NCBI GenBank assembly: GCA_000004985.1
Contig: GG738972.1
From: Naegleria gruberi
Taxonomy: Eukaryota
Length of the DNA: 47,655 nucleotides
Strand: one strand, 5' to 3'
Shown here: positions 22,001-34,741 of the stretch, one piece after another
Layout of the letters: each line of letters begins with the position of its first letter
Position numbering within the stretch: position 1 is the first letter of the stretch
Notes under the pieces: generated by a model
What the model was told of the DNA's origin: nothing
Database searches by the model: none
Seen by the model: only the letters and a program-made list of their open reading frames with translations
Translations under genes and position numbers: made by a program

Positions 22001-25000
22001 NNNNNNNNNNNNNNNNNNNNNNNNNNNNNNNNNNNNNNNNNNNNNNNNNNNNNNNNNNNNNNNNNNNNNNNNNNNNNNNNNNNNNNNNNNNNNNNNNNNN
22101 NNNNNNNNNNNNNNNNNNNNNNNNNNNNNNNNNNNNNNNNNNNNNNNNNNNNNNNNNNNNNNNNNNNNNNNNNNNNNNNNNNNNNNNNNNNNNNNNNNNN
22201 NNNNNNNNNNNNNNNNNNNNNNNNNNNNNNNNNNNNNNNNNNNNNNNNNNNNNNNNNNNNNNNNNNNNNNNNNNNNNNNNNNNNNNNNNNNNNNNNNNNN
22301 NNNNNNNNNNNNNNNNNNNNNNNNNNNNNNNNNNNNNNNNNNNNNNNNNNNNNNNNNNNNNNNNNNNNNNNNNNNNNNNNNNNNNNNNNNNNNNNNNNNN
22401 NNNNNNNNNNNNNNNNNNNNNNNNNNNNNNNNNNNNNNNNNNNNNNNNNNNNNNNNNNNNNNNNNNNNNNNNNNNNNNNNNNNNNNNNNNNNNNNNNNNN
22501 NNNNNNNNNNNNNNNNNNNNNNNNNNNNNNNNNNNNNNNNNNNNNNNNNNNNNNNNNNNNNNNNNNNNNNNNNNNNNNNNNNNNNNNNNNNNNNNNNNNN
22601 NNNNNNNNNNNNNNNNNNNNNNNNNNNNNNNNNNNNNNNNNNNNNNNNNNNNNNNNNNNNNNNNNNNNNNNNNNNNNNNNNNNNNNNNNNNNNNNNNNNN
22701 NNNNNNNNNNNNNNNNNNNNNNNNNNNNNNNNNNNNNNNNNNNNNNNNNNNNNNNNNNNNNNNNNNNNNNNNNNNNNNNNNNNNNNNNNNNNNNNNNNNN
22801 NNNNNNNNNNNNNNNNNNNNNNNNNNNNNNNNNNNNNNNNNNNNNNNNNNNNNNNNNNNNNNNNNNNNNNNNNNNNNNNNNNNNNNNNNNNNNNNNNNNN
22901 NNNNNNNNNNNNNNNNNNNNNNNNNNNNNNNNNNNNNNNNNNNNNNNNNNNNNNNNNNNNNNNNNNNNNNNNNNNNNNNNNNNNNNNNNNNNNNNNNNNN
23001 NNNNNNNNNNNNNNNNNNNNNNNNNNNNNNNNNNNNNNNNNNNNNNNNNNNNNNNNNNNNNNNNNNNNNNNNNNNNNNNNNNNNNNNNNNNNNNNNNNNN
23101 NNNNNNNNNNNNNNNNNNNNNNNNNNNNNNNNNNNNNNNNNNNNNNNNNNNNNNNNNNNNNNNNNNNNNNNNNNNNNNNNNNNNNNNNNNNNNNNNNNNN
23201 NNNNNNNNNNNNNNNNNNNNNNNNNNNNNNNNNNNNNNNNNNNNNNNNNNNNNNNNNNNNNNNNNNNNNNNNNNNNNNNNNNNNNNNNNNNNNNNNNNNN
23301 NNNNNNNNNNNNNNNNNNNNNNNNNNNNNNNNNNNNNNNNNNNNNNNNNNNNNNNNNNNNNNNNNNNNNNNNNNNNNNNNNNNNNNNNNNNNNNNNNNNN
23401 NNNNNNNNNNNNNNNNNNNNNNNNNNNNNNNNNNNNNNNNNNNNNNNNNNNNNNNNNNNNNNNNNNNNNNNNNNNNNNNNNNNNNNNNNNNNNNNNNNNN
23501 NNNNNNNNNNNNNNNNNNNNNNNNNNNNNNNNNNNNNNNNNNNNNNNNNNNNNNNNNNNNNNNNNNNNNNNNNNNNNNNNNNNNNNNNNNNNNNNNNNNN
23601 NNNNNNNNNNNNNNNNNNNNNNNNNNNNNNNNNNNNNNNNNNNNNNNNNNNNNNNNNNNNNNNNNNNNNNNNNNNNNNNNNNNNNNNNNNNNNNNNNNNN
23701 NNNNNNNNNNNNNNNNNNNNNNNNNNNNNNNNNNNNNNNNNNNNNNNNNNNNNNNNNNNNNNNNNNNNNNNNNNNNNNNNNNNNNNNNNNNNNNNNNNNN
23801 NNNNNNNNNNNNNNNNNNNNNNNNNNNNNNNNNNNNNNNNNNNNNNNNNNNNNNNNNNNNNNNNNNNNNNNNNNNNNNNNNNNNNNNNNNNNNNNNNNNN
23901 NNNNNNNNNNNNNNNNNNNNNNNNNNNNNNNNNNNNNNNNNNNNNNNNNNNNNNNNNNNNNNNNNNNNNNNNNNNNNNNNNNNNNNNNNNNNNNNNNNNN
24001 NNNNNNNNNNNNNNNNNNNNNNNNNNNNNNNNNNNNNNNNNNNNNNNNNNNNNNNNNNNNNNNNNNNNNNNNNNNNNNNNNNNNNNNNNNNNNNNNNNNN
24101 NNNNNNNNNNNNNNNNNNNNNNNNNNNNNNNNNNNNNNNNNNNNNNNNNNNNNNNNNNNNNNNNNNNNNNNNNNNNNNNNNNNNNNNNNNNNNNNNNNNN
24201 NNNNNNNNNNNNNNNNNNNNNNNNNNNNNNNNNNNNNNNNNNNNNNNNNNNNNNNNNNNNNNNNNNNNNNNNNNNNNNNNNNNNNNNNNNNNNNNNNNNN
24301 NNNNNNNNNNNNNNNNNNNNNNNNNNNNNNNNNNNNNNNNNNNNNNNNNNNNNNNNNNNNNNNNNNNNNNNNNNNNNNNNNNNNNNNNNNNNNNNNNNNN
24401 NNNNNNNNNNNNNNNNNNNNNNNNNNNNNNNNNNNNNNNNNNNNNNNNNNNNNNNNNNNNNNNNNNNNNNNNNNNNNNNNNNNNNNNNNNNNNNNNNNNN
24501 NNNNNNNNNNNNNNNNNNNNNNNNNNNNNNNNNNNNNNNNNNNNNNNNNNNNNNNNNNNNNNNNNNNNNNNNNNNNNNNNNNNNNNNNNNNNNNNNNNNN
24601 NNNNNNNNNNNNNNNNNNNNNNNNNNNNNNNNNNNNNNNNNNNNNNNNNNNNNNNNNNNNNNNNNNNNNNNNNNNNNNNNNNNNNNNNNNNNNNNNNNNN
24701 NNNNNNNNNNNNNNNNNNNNNNNNNNNNNNNNNNNNNNNNNNNNNNNNNNNNNNNNNNNNNNNNNNNNNNNNNNNNNNNNNNNNNNNNNNNNNNNNNNNN
24801 NNNNNNNNNNNNNNNNNNNNNNNNNNNNNNNNNNNNNNNNNNNNNNNNNNNNNNNNNNNNNNNNNNNNNNNNNNNNNNNNNNNNNNNNNNNNNNNNNNNN
24901 NNNNNNNNNNNNNNNNNNNNNNNNNNNNNNNNNNNNNNNNNNNNNNNNNNNNNNNNNNNNNNNNNNNNNNNNNNNNNNNNNNNNNNNNNNNNNNNNNNNN

Positions 25001-28000
25001 NNNNNNNNNNNNNNNNNNNNNNNNNNNNNNNNNNNNNNNNNNNNNNNNNNNNNNNNNNNNNNNNNNNNNNNNNNNNNNNNNNNNNNNNNNNNNNNNNNNN
25101 NNNNNNNNNNNNNNNNNNNNNNNNNNNNNNNNNNNNNNNNNNNNNNNNNNNNNNNNNNNNNNNNNNNNNNNNNNNNNNNNNNNNNNNNNNNNNNNNNNNN
25201 NNNNNNNNNNNNNNNNNNNNNNNNNNNNNNNNNNNNNNNNNNNNNNNNNNNNNNNNNNNNNNNNNNNNNNNNNNNNNNNNNNNNNNNNNNNNNNNNNNNN
25301 NNNNNNNNNNNNNNNNNNNNNNNNNNNNNNNNNNNNNNNNNNNNNNNNNNNNNNNNNNNNNNNNNNNNNNNNNNNNNNNNNNNNNNNNNNNNNNNNNNNN
25401 NNNNNNNNNNNNNNNNNNNNNNNNNNNNNNNNNNNNNNNNNNNNNNNNNNNNNNNNNNNNNNNNNNNNNNNNNNNNNNNNNNNNNNNNNNNNNNNNNNNN
25501 NNNNNNNNNNNNNNNNNNNNNNNNNNNNNNNNNNNNNNNNNNNNNNNNNNNNNNNNNNNNNNNNNNNNNNNNNNNNNNNNNNNNNNNNNNNNNNNNNNNN
25601 NNNNNNNNNNNNNNNNNNNNNNNNNNNNNNNNNNNNNNNNNNNNNNNNNNNNNNNNNNNNNNNNNNNNNNNNNNNNNNNNNNNNNNNNNNNNNNNNNNNN
25701 NNNNNNNNNNNNNNNNNNNNNNNNNNNNNNNNNNNNNNNNNNNNNNNNNNNNNNNNNNNNNNNNNNNNNNNNNNNNNNNNNNNNNNNNNNNNNNNNNNNN
25801 NNNNNNNNNNNNNNNNNNNNNNNNNNNNNNNNNNNNNNNNNNNNNNNNNNNNNNNNNNNNNNNNNNNNNNNNNNNNNNNNNNNNNNNNNNNNNNNNNNNN
25901 NNNNNNNNNNNNNNNNNNNNNNNNNNNNNNNNNNNNNNNNNNNNNNNNNNNNNNNNNNNNNNNNNNNNNNNNNNNNNNNNNNNNNNNNNNNNNNNNNNNN
26001 NNNNNNNNNNNNNNNNNNNNNNNNNNNNNNNNNNNNNNNNNNNNNNNNNNNNNNNNNNNNNNNNNNNNNNNNNNNNNNNNNNNNNNNNNNNNNNNNNNNN
26101 NNNNNNNNNNNNNNNNNNNNNNNNNNNNNNNNNNNNNNNNNNNNNNNNNNNNNNNNNNNNNNNNNNNNNNNNNNNNNNNNNNNNNNNNNNNNNNNNNNNN
26201 NNNNNNNNNNNNNNNNNNNNNNNNNNNNNNNNNNNNNNNNNNNNNNNNNNNNNNNNNNNNNNNNNNNNNNNNNNNNNNNNNNNNNNNNNNNNNNNNNNNN
26301 NNNNNNNNNNNNNNNNNNNNNNNNNNNNNNNNNNNNNNNNNNNNNNNNNNNNNNNNNNNNNNNNNNNNNNNNNNNNNNNNNNNNNNNNNNNNNNNNNNNN
26401 NNNNNNNNNNNNNNNNNNNNNNNNNNNNNNNNNNNNNNNNNNNNNNNNNNNNNNNNNNNNNNNNNNNNNNNNNNNNNNNNNNNNNNNNNNNNNNNNNNNN
26501 NNNNNNNNNNNNNNNNNNNNNNNNNNNNNNNNNNNNNNNNNNNNNNNNNNNNNNNNNNNNNNNNNNNNNNNNNNNNNNNNNNNNNNNNNNNNNNNNNNNN
26601 NNNNNNNNNNNNNNNNNNNNNNNNNNNNNNNNNNNNNNNNNNNNNNNNNNNNNNNNNNNNNNNNNNNNNNNNNNNNNNNNNNNNNNNNNNNNNNNNNNNN
26701 NNNNNNNNNNNNNNNNNNNNNNNNNNNNNNNNNNNNNNNNNNNNNNNNNNNNNNNNNNNNNNNNNNNNNNNNNNNNNNNNNNNNNNNNNNNNNNNNNNNN
26801 NNNNNNNNNNNNNNNNNNNNNNNNNNNNNNNNNNNNNNNNNNNNNNNNNNNNNNNNNNNNNNNNNNNNNNNNNNNNNNNNNNNNNNNNNNNNNNNNNNNN
26901 NNNNNNNNNNNNNNNNNNNNNNNNNNNNNNNNNNNNNNNNNNNNNNNNNNNNNNNNNNNNNNNNNNNNNNNNNNNNNNNNNNNNNNNNNNNNNNNNNNNN
27001 NNNNNNNNNNNNNNNNNNNNNNNNNNNNNNNNNNNNNNNNNNNNNNNNNNNNNNNNNNNNNNNNNNNNNNNNNNNNNNNNNNNNNNNNNNNNNNNNNNNN
27101 NNNNNNNNNNNNNNNNNNNNNNNNNNNNNNNNNNNNNNNNNNNNNNNNNNNNNNNNNNNNNNNNNNNNNNNNNNNNNNNNNNNNNNNNNNNNNNNNNNNN
27201 NNNNNNNNNNNNNNNNNNNNNNNNNNNNNNNNNNNNNNNNNNNNNNNNNNNNNNNNNNNNNNNNNNNNNNNNNNNNNNNNNNNNNNNNNNNNNNNNNNNN
27301 NNNNNNNNNNNNNNNNNNNNNNNNNNNNNNNNNNNNNNNNNNNNNNNNNNNNNNNNNNNNNNNNNNNNNNNNNNNNNNNNNNNNNNNNNNNNNNNNNNNN
27401 NNNNNNNNNNNNNNNNNNNNNNNNNNNNNNNNNNNNNNNNNNNNNNNNNNNNNNNNNNNNNNNNNNNNNNNNNNNNNNNNNNNNNNNNNNNNNNNNNNNN
27501 NNNNNNNNNNNNNNNNNNNNNNNNNNNNNNNNNNNNNNNNNNNNNNNNNNNNNNNNNNNNNNNNNNNNNNNNNNNNNNNNNNNNNNNNNNNNNNNNNNNN
27601 NNNNNNNNNNNNNNNNNNNNNNNNNNNNNNNNNNNNNNNNNNNNNNNNNNNNNNNNNNNNNNNNNNNNNNNNNNNNNNNNNNNNNNNNNNNNNNNNNNNN
27701 NNNNNNNNNNNNNNNNNNNNNNNNNNNNNNNNNNNNNNNNNNNNNNNNNNNNNNNNNNNNNNNNNNNNNNNNNNNNNNNNNNNNNNNNNNNNNNNNNNNN
27801 NNNNNNNNNNNNNNNNNNNNNNNNNNNNNNNNNNNNNNNNNNNNNNNNNNNNNNNNNNNNNNNNNNNNNNNNNNNNNNNNNNNNNNNNNNNNNNNNNNNN
27901 NNNNNNNNNNNNNNNNNNNNNNNNNNNNNNNNNNNNNNNNNNNNNNNNNNNNNNNNNNNNNNNNNNNNNNNNNNNNNNNNNNNNNNNNNNNNNNNNNNNN

Positions 28001-31000
28001 NNNNNNNNNNNNNNNNNNNNNNNNNNNNNNNNNNNNNNNNNNNNNNNNNNNNNNNNNNNNNNNNNNNNNNNNNNNNNNNNNNNNNNNNNNNNNNNNNNNN
28101 NNNNNNNNNNNNNNNNNNNNNNNNNNNNNNNNNNNNNNNNNNNNNNNNNNNNNNNNNNNNNNNNNNNNNNNNNNNNNNNNNNNNNNNNNNNNNNNNNNNN
28201 NNNNNNNNNNNNNNNNNNNNNNNNNNNNNNNNNNNNNNNNNNNNNNNNNNNNNNNNNNNNNNNNNNNNNNNNNNNNNNNNNNNNNNNNNNNNNNNNNNNN
28301 NNNNNNNNNNNNNNNNNNNNNNNNNNNNNNNNNNNNNNNNNNNNNNNNNNNNNNNNNNNNNNNNNNNNNNNNNNNNNNNNNNNNNNNNNNNNNNNNNNNN
28401 NNNNNNNNNNNNNNNNNNNNNNNNNNNNNNNNNNNNNNNNNNNNNNNNNNNNNNNNNNNNNNNNNNNNNNNNNNNNNNNNNNNNNNNNNNNNNNNNNNNN
28501 NNNNNNNNNNNNNNNNNNNNNNNNNNNNNNNNNNNNNNNNNNNNNNNNNNNNNNNNNNNNNNNNNNNNNNNNNNNNNNNNNNNNNNNNNNNNNNNNNNNN
28601 NNNNNNNNNNNNNNNNNNNNNNNNNNNNNNNNNNNNNNNNNNNNNNNNNNNNNNNNNNNNNNNNNNNNNNNNNNNNNNNNNNNNNNNNNNNNNNNNNNNN
28701 NNNNNNNNNNNNNNNNNNNNNNNNNNNNNNNNNNNNNNNNNNNNNNNNNNNNNNNNNNNNNNNNNNNNNNNNNNNNNNNNNNNNNNNNNNNNNNNNNNNN
28801 NNNNNNNNNNNNNNNNNNNNNNNNNNNNNNNNNNNNNNNNNNNNNNNNNNNNNNNNNNNNNNNNNNNNNNNNNNNNNNNNNNNNNNNNNNNNNNNNNNNN
28901 NNNNNNNNNNNNNNNNNNNNNNNNNNNNNNNNNNNNNNNNNNNNNNNNNNNNNNNNNNNNNNNNNNNNNNNNNNNNNNNNNNNNNNNNNNNNNNNNNNNN
29001 NNNNNNNNNNNNNNNNNNNNNNNNNNNNNNNNNNNNNNNNNNNNNNNNNNNNNNNNNNNNNNNNNNNNNNNNNNNNNNNNNNNNNNNNNNNNNNNNNNNN
29101 NNNNNNNNNNNNNNNNNNNNNNNNNNNNNNNNNNNNNNNNNNNNNNNNNNNNNNNNNNNNNNNNNNNNNNNNNNNNNNNNNNNNNNNNNNNNNNNNNNNN
29201 NNNNNNNNNNNNNNNNNNNNNNNNNNNNNNNNNNNNNNNNNNNNNNNNNNNNNNNNNNNNNNNNNNNNNNNNNNNNNNNNNNNNNNNNNNNNNNNNNNNN
29301 NNNNNNNNNNNNNNNNNNNNNNNNNNNNNNNNNNNNNNNNNNNNNNNNNNNNNNNNNNNNNNNNNNNNNNNNNNNNNNNNNNNNNNNNNNNNNNNNNNNN
29401 NNNNNNNNNNNNNNNNNNNNNNNNNNNNNNNNNNNNNNNNNNNNNNNNNNNNNNNNNNNNNNNNNNNNNNNNNNNNNNNNNNNNNNNNNNNNNNNNNNNN
29501 NNNNNNNNNNNNNNNNNNNNNNNNNNNNNNNNNNNNNNNNNNNNNNNNNNNNNNNNNNNNNNNNNNNNNNNNNNNNNNNNNNNNNNNNNNNNNNNNNNNN
29601 NNNNNNNNNNNNNNNNNNNNNNNNNNNNNNNNNNNNNNNNNNNNNNNNNNNNNNNNNNNNNNNNNNNNNNNNNNNNNNNNNNNNNNNNNNNNNNNNNNNN
29701 NNNNNNNNNNNNNNNNNNNNNNNNNNNNNNNNNNNNNNNNNNNNNNNNNNNNNNNNNNNNNNNNNNNNNNNNNNNNNNNNNNNNNNNNNNNNNNNNNNNN
29801 NNNNNNNNNNNNNNNNNNNNNNNNNNNNNNNNNNNNNNNNNNNNNNNNNNNNNNNNNNNNNNNNNNNNNNNNNNNNNNNNNNNNNNNNNNNNNNNNNNNN
29901 NNNNNNNNNNNNNNNNNNNNNNNNNNNNNNNNNNNNNNNNNNNNNNNNNNNNNNNNNNNNNNNNNNNNNNNNNNNNNNNNNNNNNNNNNNNNNNNNNNNN
30001 NNNNNNNNNNNNNNNNNNNNNNNNNNNNNNNNNNNNNNNNNNNNNNNNNNNNNNNNNNNNNNNNNNNNNNNNNNNNNNNNNNNNNNNNNNNNNNNNNNNN
30101 NNNNNNNNNNNNNNNNNNNNNNNNNNNNNNNNNNNNNNNNNNNNNNNNNNNNNNNNNNNNNNNNNNNNNNNNNNNNNNNNNNNNNNNNNNNNNNNNNNNN
30201 NNNNNNNNNNNNNNNNNNNNNNNNNNNNNNNNNNNNNNNNNNNNNNNNNNNNNNNNNNNNNNNNNNNNNNNNNNNNNNNNNNNNNNNNNNNNNNNNNNNN
30301 NNNNNNNNNNNNNNNNNNNNNNNNNNNNNNNNNNNNNNNNNNNNNNNNNNNNNNNNNNNNNNNNNNNNNNNNNNNNNNNNNNNNNNNNNNNNNNNNNNNN
30401 NNNNNNNNNNNNNNNNNNNNNNNNNNNNNNNNNNNNNNNNNNNNNNNNNNNNNNNNNNNNNNNNNNNNNNNNNNNNNNNNNNNNNNNNNNNNNNNNNNNN
30501 NNNNNNNNNNNNNNNNNNNNNNNNNNNNNNNNNNNNNNNNNNNNNNNNNNNNNNNNNNNNNNNNNNNNNNNNNNNNNNNNNNNNNNNNNNNNNNNNNNNN
30601 NNNNNNNNNNNNNNNNNNNNNNNNNNNNNNNNNNNNNNNNNNNNNNNNNNNNNNNNNNNNNNNNNNNNNNNNNNNNNNNNNNNNNNNNNNNNNNNNNNNN
30701 NNNNNNNNNNNNNNNNNNNNNNNNNNNNNNNNNNNNNNNNNNNNNNNNNNNNNNNNNNNNNNNNNNNNNNNNNNNNNNNNNNNNNNNNNNNNNNNNNNNN
30801 NNNNNNNNNNNNNNNNNNNNNNNNNNNNNNNNNNNNNNNNNNNNNNNNNNNNNNNNNNNNNNNNNNNNNNNNNNNNNNNNNNNNNNNNNNNNNNNNNNNN
30901 NNNNNNNNNNNNNNNNNNNNNNNNNNNNNNNNNNNNNNNNNNNNNNNNNNNNNNNNNNNNNNNNNNNNNNNNNNNNNNNNNNNNNNNNNNNNNNNNNNNN

Positions 31001-33383
31001 NNNNNNNNNNNNNNNNNNNNNNNNNNNNNNNNNNNNNNNNNNNNNNNNNNNNNNNNNNNNNNNNNNNNNNNNNNNNNNNNNNNNNNNNNNNNNNNNNNNN
31101 NNNNNNNNNNNNNNNNNNNNNNNNNNNNNNNNNNNNNNNNNNNNNNNNNNNNNNNNNNNNNNNNNNNNNNNNNNNNNNNNNNNNNNNNNNNNNNNNNNNN
31201 NNNNNNNNNNNNNNNNNNNNNNNNNNNNNNNNNNNNNNNNNNNNNNNNNNNNNNNNNNNNNNNNNNNNNNNNNNNNNNNNNNNNNNNNNNNNNNNNNNNN
31301 NNNNNNNNNNNNNNNNNNNNNNNNNNNNNNNNNNNNNNNNNNNNNNNNNNNNNNNNNNNNNNNNNNNNNNNNNNNNNNNNNNNNNNNNNNNNNNNNNNNN
31401 NNNNNNNNNNNNNNNNNNNNNNNNNNNNNNNNNNNNNNNNNNNNNNNNNNNNNNNNNNNNNNNNNNNNNNNNNNNNNNNNNNNNNNNNNNNNNNNNNNNN
31501 NNNNNNNNNNNNNNNNNNNNNNNNNNNNNNNNNNNNNNNNNNNNNNNNNNNNNNNNNNNNNNNNNNNNNNNNNNNNNNNNNNNNNNNNNNNNNNNNNNNN
31601 NNNNNNNNNNNNNNNNNNNNNNNNNNNNNNNNNNNNNNNNNNNNNNNNNNNNNNNNNNNNNNNNNNNNNNNNNNNNNNNNNNNNNNNNNNNNNNNNNNNN
31701 NNNNNNNNNNNNNNNNNNNNNNNNNNNNNNNNNNNNNNNNNNNNNNNNNNNNNNNNNNNNNNNNNNNNNNNNNNNNNNNNNNNNNNNNNNNNNNNNNNNN
31801 NNNNNNNNNNNNNNNNNNNNNNNNNNNNNNNNNNNNNNNNNNNNNNNNNNNNNNNNNNNNNNNNNNNNNNNNNNNNNNNNNNNNNNNNNNNNNNNNNNNN
31901 NNNNNNNNNNNNNNNNNNNNNNNNNNNNNNNNNNNNNNNNNNNNNNNNNNNNNNNNNNNNNNNNNNNNNNNNNNNNNNNNNNNNNNNNNNNNNNNNNNNN
32001 NNNNNNNNNNNNNNNNNNNNNNNNNNNNNNNNNNNNNNNNNNNNNNNNNNNNNNNNNNNNNNNNNNNNNNNNNNNNNNNNNNNNNNNNNNNNNNNNNNNN
32101 NNNNNNNNNNNNNNNNNNNNNNNNNNNNNNNNNNNNNNNNNNNNNNNNNNNNNNNNNNNNNNNNNNNNNNNNNNNNNNNNNNNNNNNNNNNNNNNNNNNN
32201 NNNNNNNNNNNNNNNNNNNNNNNNNNNNNNNNNNNNNNNNNNNNNNNNNNNNNNNNNNNNNNNNNNNNNNNNNNNNNNNNNNNNNNNNNNNNNNNNNNNN
32301 NNNNNNNNNNNNNNNNNNNNNNNNNNNNNNNNNNNNNNNNNNNNNNNNNNNNNNNNNNNNNNNNNNNNNNNNNNNNNNNNNNNNNNNNNNNNNNNNNNNN
32401 NNNNNNNNNNNNNNNNNNNNNNNNNNNNNNNNNNNNNNNNNNNNNNNNNNNNNNNNNNNNNNNNNNNNNNNNNNNNNNNNNNNNNNNNNNNNNNNNNNNN
32501 NNNNNNNNNNNNNNNNNNNNNNNNNNNNNNNNNNNNNNNNNNNNNNNNNNNNNNNNNNNNNNNNNNNNNNNNNNNNNNNNNNNNNNNNNNNNNNNNNNNN
32601 NNNNNNNNNNNNNNNNNNNNNNNNNNNNNNNNNNNNNNNNNNNNNNNNNNNNNNNNNNNNNNNNNNNNNNNNNNNNNNNNNNNNNNNNNNNNNNNNNNNN
32701 NNNNNNNNNNNNNNNNNNNNNNNNNNNNNNNNNNNNNNNNNNNNNNNNNNNNNNNNNNNNNNNNNNNNNNNNNNNNNNNNNNNNNNNNNNNNNNNNNNNN
32801 NNNNNNNNNNNNNNNNNNNNNNNNNNNNNNNNNNNNNNNNNNNNNNNNNNNNNNNNNNNNNNNNNNNNNNNNNNNNNNNNNNNNNNNNNNNNNNNNNNNN
32901 NNNNNNNNNNNNNNNNNNNNNNNNNNNNNNNNNNNNNNNNNNNNNNNNNNNNNNNNNNNNNNNNNNNNNNNNNNNNNNNNNNNNNNNNNNNNNNNNNNNN
33001 NNNNNNNNNNNNNNNNNNNNNNNNNNNNNNNNNNNNNNNNNNNNNNNNNNNNNNNNNNNNNNNNNNNNNNNNNNNNNNNNNNNNNNNNNNNNNNNNNNNN
33101 NNNNNNNNNNNNNNNNNNNNNNNNNNNNNNNNNNNNNNNNNNNNNNNNNNNNNNNNNNNNNNNNNNNNNNNNNNNNNNNNNNNNNNNNNNNNNNNNNNNN
33201 NNNNNNNNNNNNNNNNNNNNNNNNNNNNNNNNNNNNNNNNNNNNNNNNNNNNNNNNNNNNNNNNNNNNNNNNNNNNNNNNNNNNNNNNNNNNNNNNNNNN
33301 NNNNNNNNNNNNNNNNNNNNNNNNNNNNNNNNNNNNNNNNNNNNNNNNNNNNNNNNNNNNNNNNNNNNNNNNNNNNNNNNNNN
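1059..33383. other. Hard-masked block (32,325 N). No sequence is available.
   Basis: Uninterrupted n characters. Open frames enter it from both sides (the plus gene from 999 and the minus gene from 34359), so it replaces real sequence that is partly genic. Confidence 0.95.
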
Positions 33384-34359
33384 GGAAGAATTCATGTTTG
33401 TACTGGGGGAAAAGGTAGACGAATATTGAACAAGAATAATCATTTGATCCATTAAATTGGTTGAATGCAAGGAAGGAAAGCAAAGAACCCTCAAATGGAT
33501 CCAAGATTGATGGCTCTTTTTGACTTTTTTCAATCAATAGAAGAAGATAGGTCAACTTGGAAATCAATAATATTTGAACAGCATGTCGAATGTAACCGAA
33601 AGCATTAACTCTTGAGTTCAAACAACTAATCAAGGTTCTTATTGTTGAATCAGTTGTTTCGTGGCTGTCATGTTCATATGTAGCTGTACCTGTCAATAGA
33701 AGCCCTGCTGTTTTACAAAGTCTTCTAATCATTAAAGATGTTTTCCCTGTTCCAGAAGGTGCAATAATGGTTGTTACTGTTTTACAACTTGTTCGTTCCA
33801 ATATCTTATCATTGTTGGATTCAATTTGAAGAGATGGAATAAAAGGTAAATAATGTTTTGCAAGAGTTCCAAATTTGATTGGAAGTGGTCCGGCAAATGT
33901 CTCATGTGAAACCAAATTGAGAGAGCAGTATTTCACATTATCAGATTTGAAGTTCTTCTCAATGAATTCTTCTATTGGTTCTAATGGTCTTTGCGAATCA
34001 AATGATTTAACATATTCGAATGCCTCATCGTACAATTCATTAACCCAATTTGTTCCATTCCTATCAACCTTAGAGAGTTTAGCTTCAACCCACCCCAAAT
34101 CTTGTTCTCTTGGCACATATAGTCTGACTAACAAACAAATTATTTCCTCTGCAGCCTTCATATTATTGTTACAGCTAGGAAGAATTTCATCAAGTGCTTC
34201 TTTCCACCATCCATGTTCTTCTTCTCTTTTCATGATATCTTTAAGGAATAATACGGTTAAAAAAACTAGAGCACCTGTGAATGTTTGGTCCAAACATTTA
34301 ATAGTATTCTCATCAAGACCAACATTTCTCATCATTTCAACAACCTCTGTATTATTCAT
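33384..34359 (-). CDS. 5' part of a minus-strand gene encoding a P-loop NTPase: N-terminal ~200-aa domain, then Walker A TIIAPSGTGKTSLM. Continues into the mask.
   Basis: The minus strand is stop-free from ATG (rc of cat 34357-34359) to the mask edge at 33384, about 325 codons. It reads MNNTEVVEMMRNVGLDENTIKCLDQTFTGALVFLTVLFLKDIMKREEEHGWWKEALDEILPSC...KTVTTIIAPSGTGKTSLMIRRLCKTAGLLLTGTATYEHD... The track's start at 34389 is a GTG, not ATG. GxxGTGKT/S is a canonical Walker A motif, closest in spelling to the AAA+/SF1-helicase style GPPGTGKT. The family is not assignable from this fragment. Confidence 0.6.
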
Positions 34360-34449
34360 CTTGCGCACGGTACTAACTGGAATAGTCACTAAATAATTAA
34401 TTAGATAAATTAATAAATTTTCGTTAAGTTCTATCTAACATACATTTAC

Positions 34450-34513
34450 GTTTCTTATAATCTTGTTCCATCTCGGGAAGAACGGTGTCGACGTCATAAT
34501 GACCACGCTTCAT
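34450..34513 (-). CDS. Candidate upstream first exon MKRGHYDVDTVLPEMEQDYKK of the P-loop NTPase gene, joined through a 61-nt intron (34449-34389).
   Basis: ATG (rc of cat 34511-34513) sits in the context ggaaaaaaATGaag. The exon ends in phase 1 at a GTAAAT donor at 34449-34444. The 61-nt AT-rich intron ends ...ttatttAG at 34390-34389. Splicing gives aaa c|tg act att, which reads ...KK-L-TIPVSTVRKMNNTEVV... exactly in the downstream protein's frame. Confidence 0.3.
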
Positions 34514-34741
34514 TTTTTTCCTTAGTTTTTAAAAGAAACGAAACAACAATATAAGGATTGAAATAAACTCGTGCCTCAAGTACCTAATAATATCAAGTAG
34601 ATTGAAGATGCTTAATGATATGTTAGAAACTGTGCTTATTATTCTCCAGCCAGTTCTTTCTTTTCAATACCTTAAAGAAAAAATTTTCACTGAAGGGACT
34701 GCTTTACTGTCCGTTCTTTAGTAAATTGGAAATATTGCATT

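Noticed and set aside
991-34389. ORF-track entries of 10,818-11,132 aa (and the 1,536-1,891 aa ORFs across the other two masks).
   Set aside because: They are produced by translating N as X. No stop can occur inside a mask, so the flanking frames are fused. Only the short flanking parts carry information.
33875-34396. 173-aa plus-strand ORF.
   Set aside because: It is antisense to the well-supported P-loop NTPase coding region. Its sequence is low-complexity (SSSASFHH..., LFMISLRNN) with no start context, so it is a typical shadow ORF.
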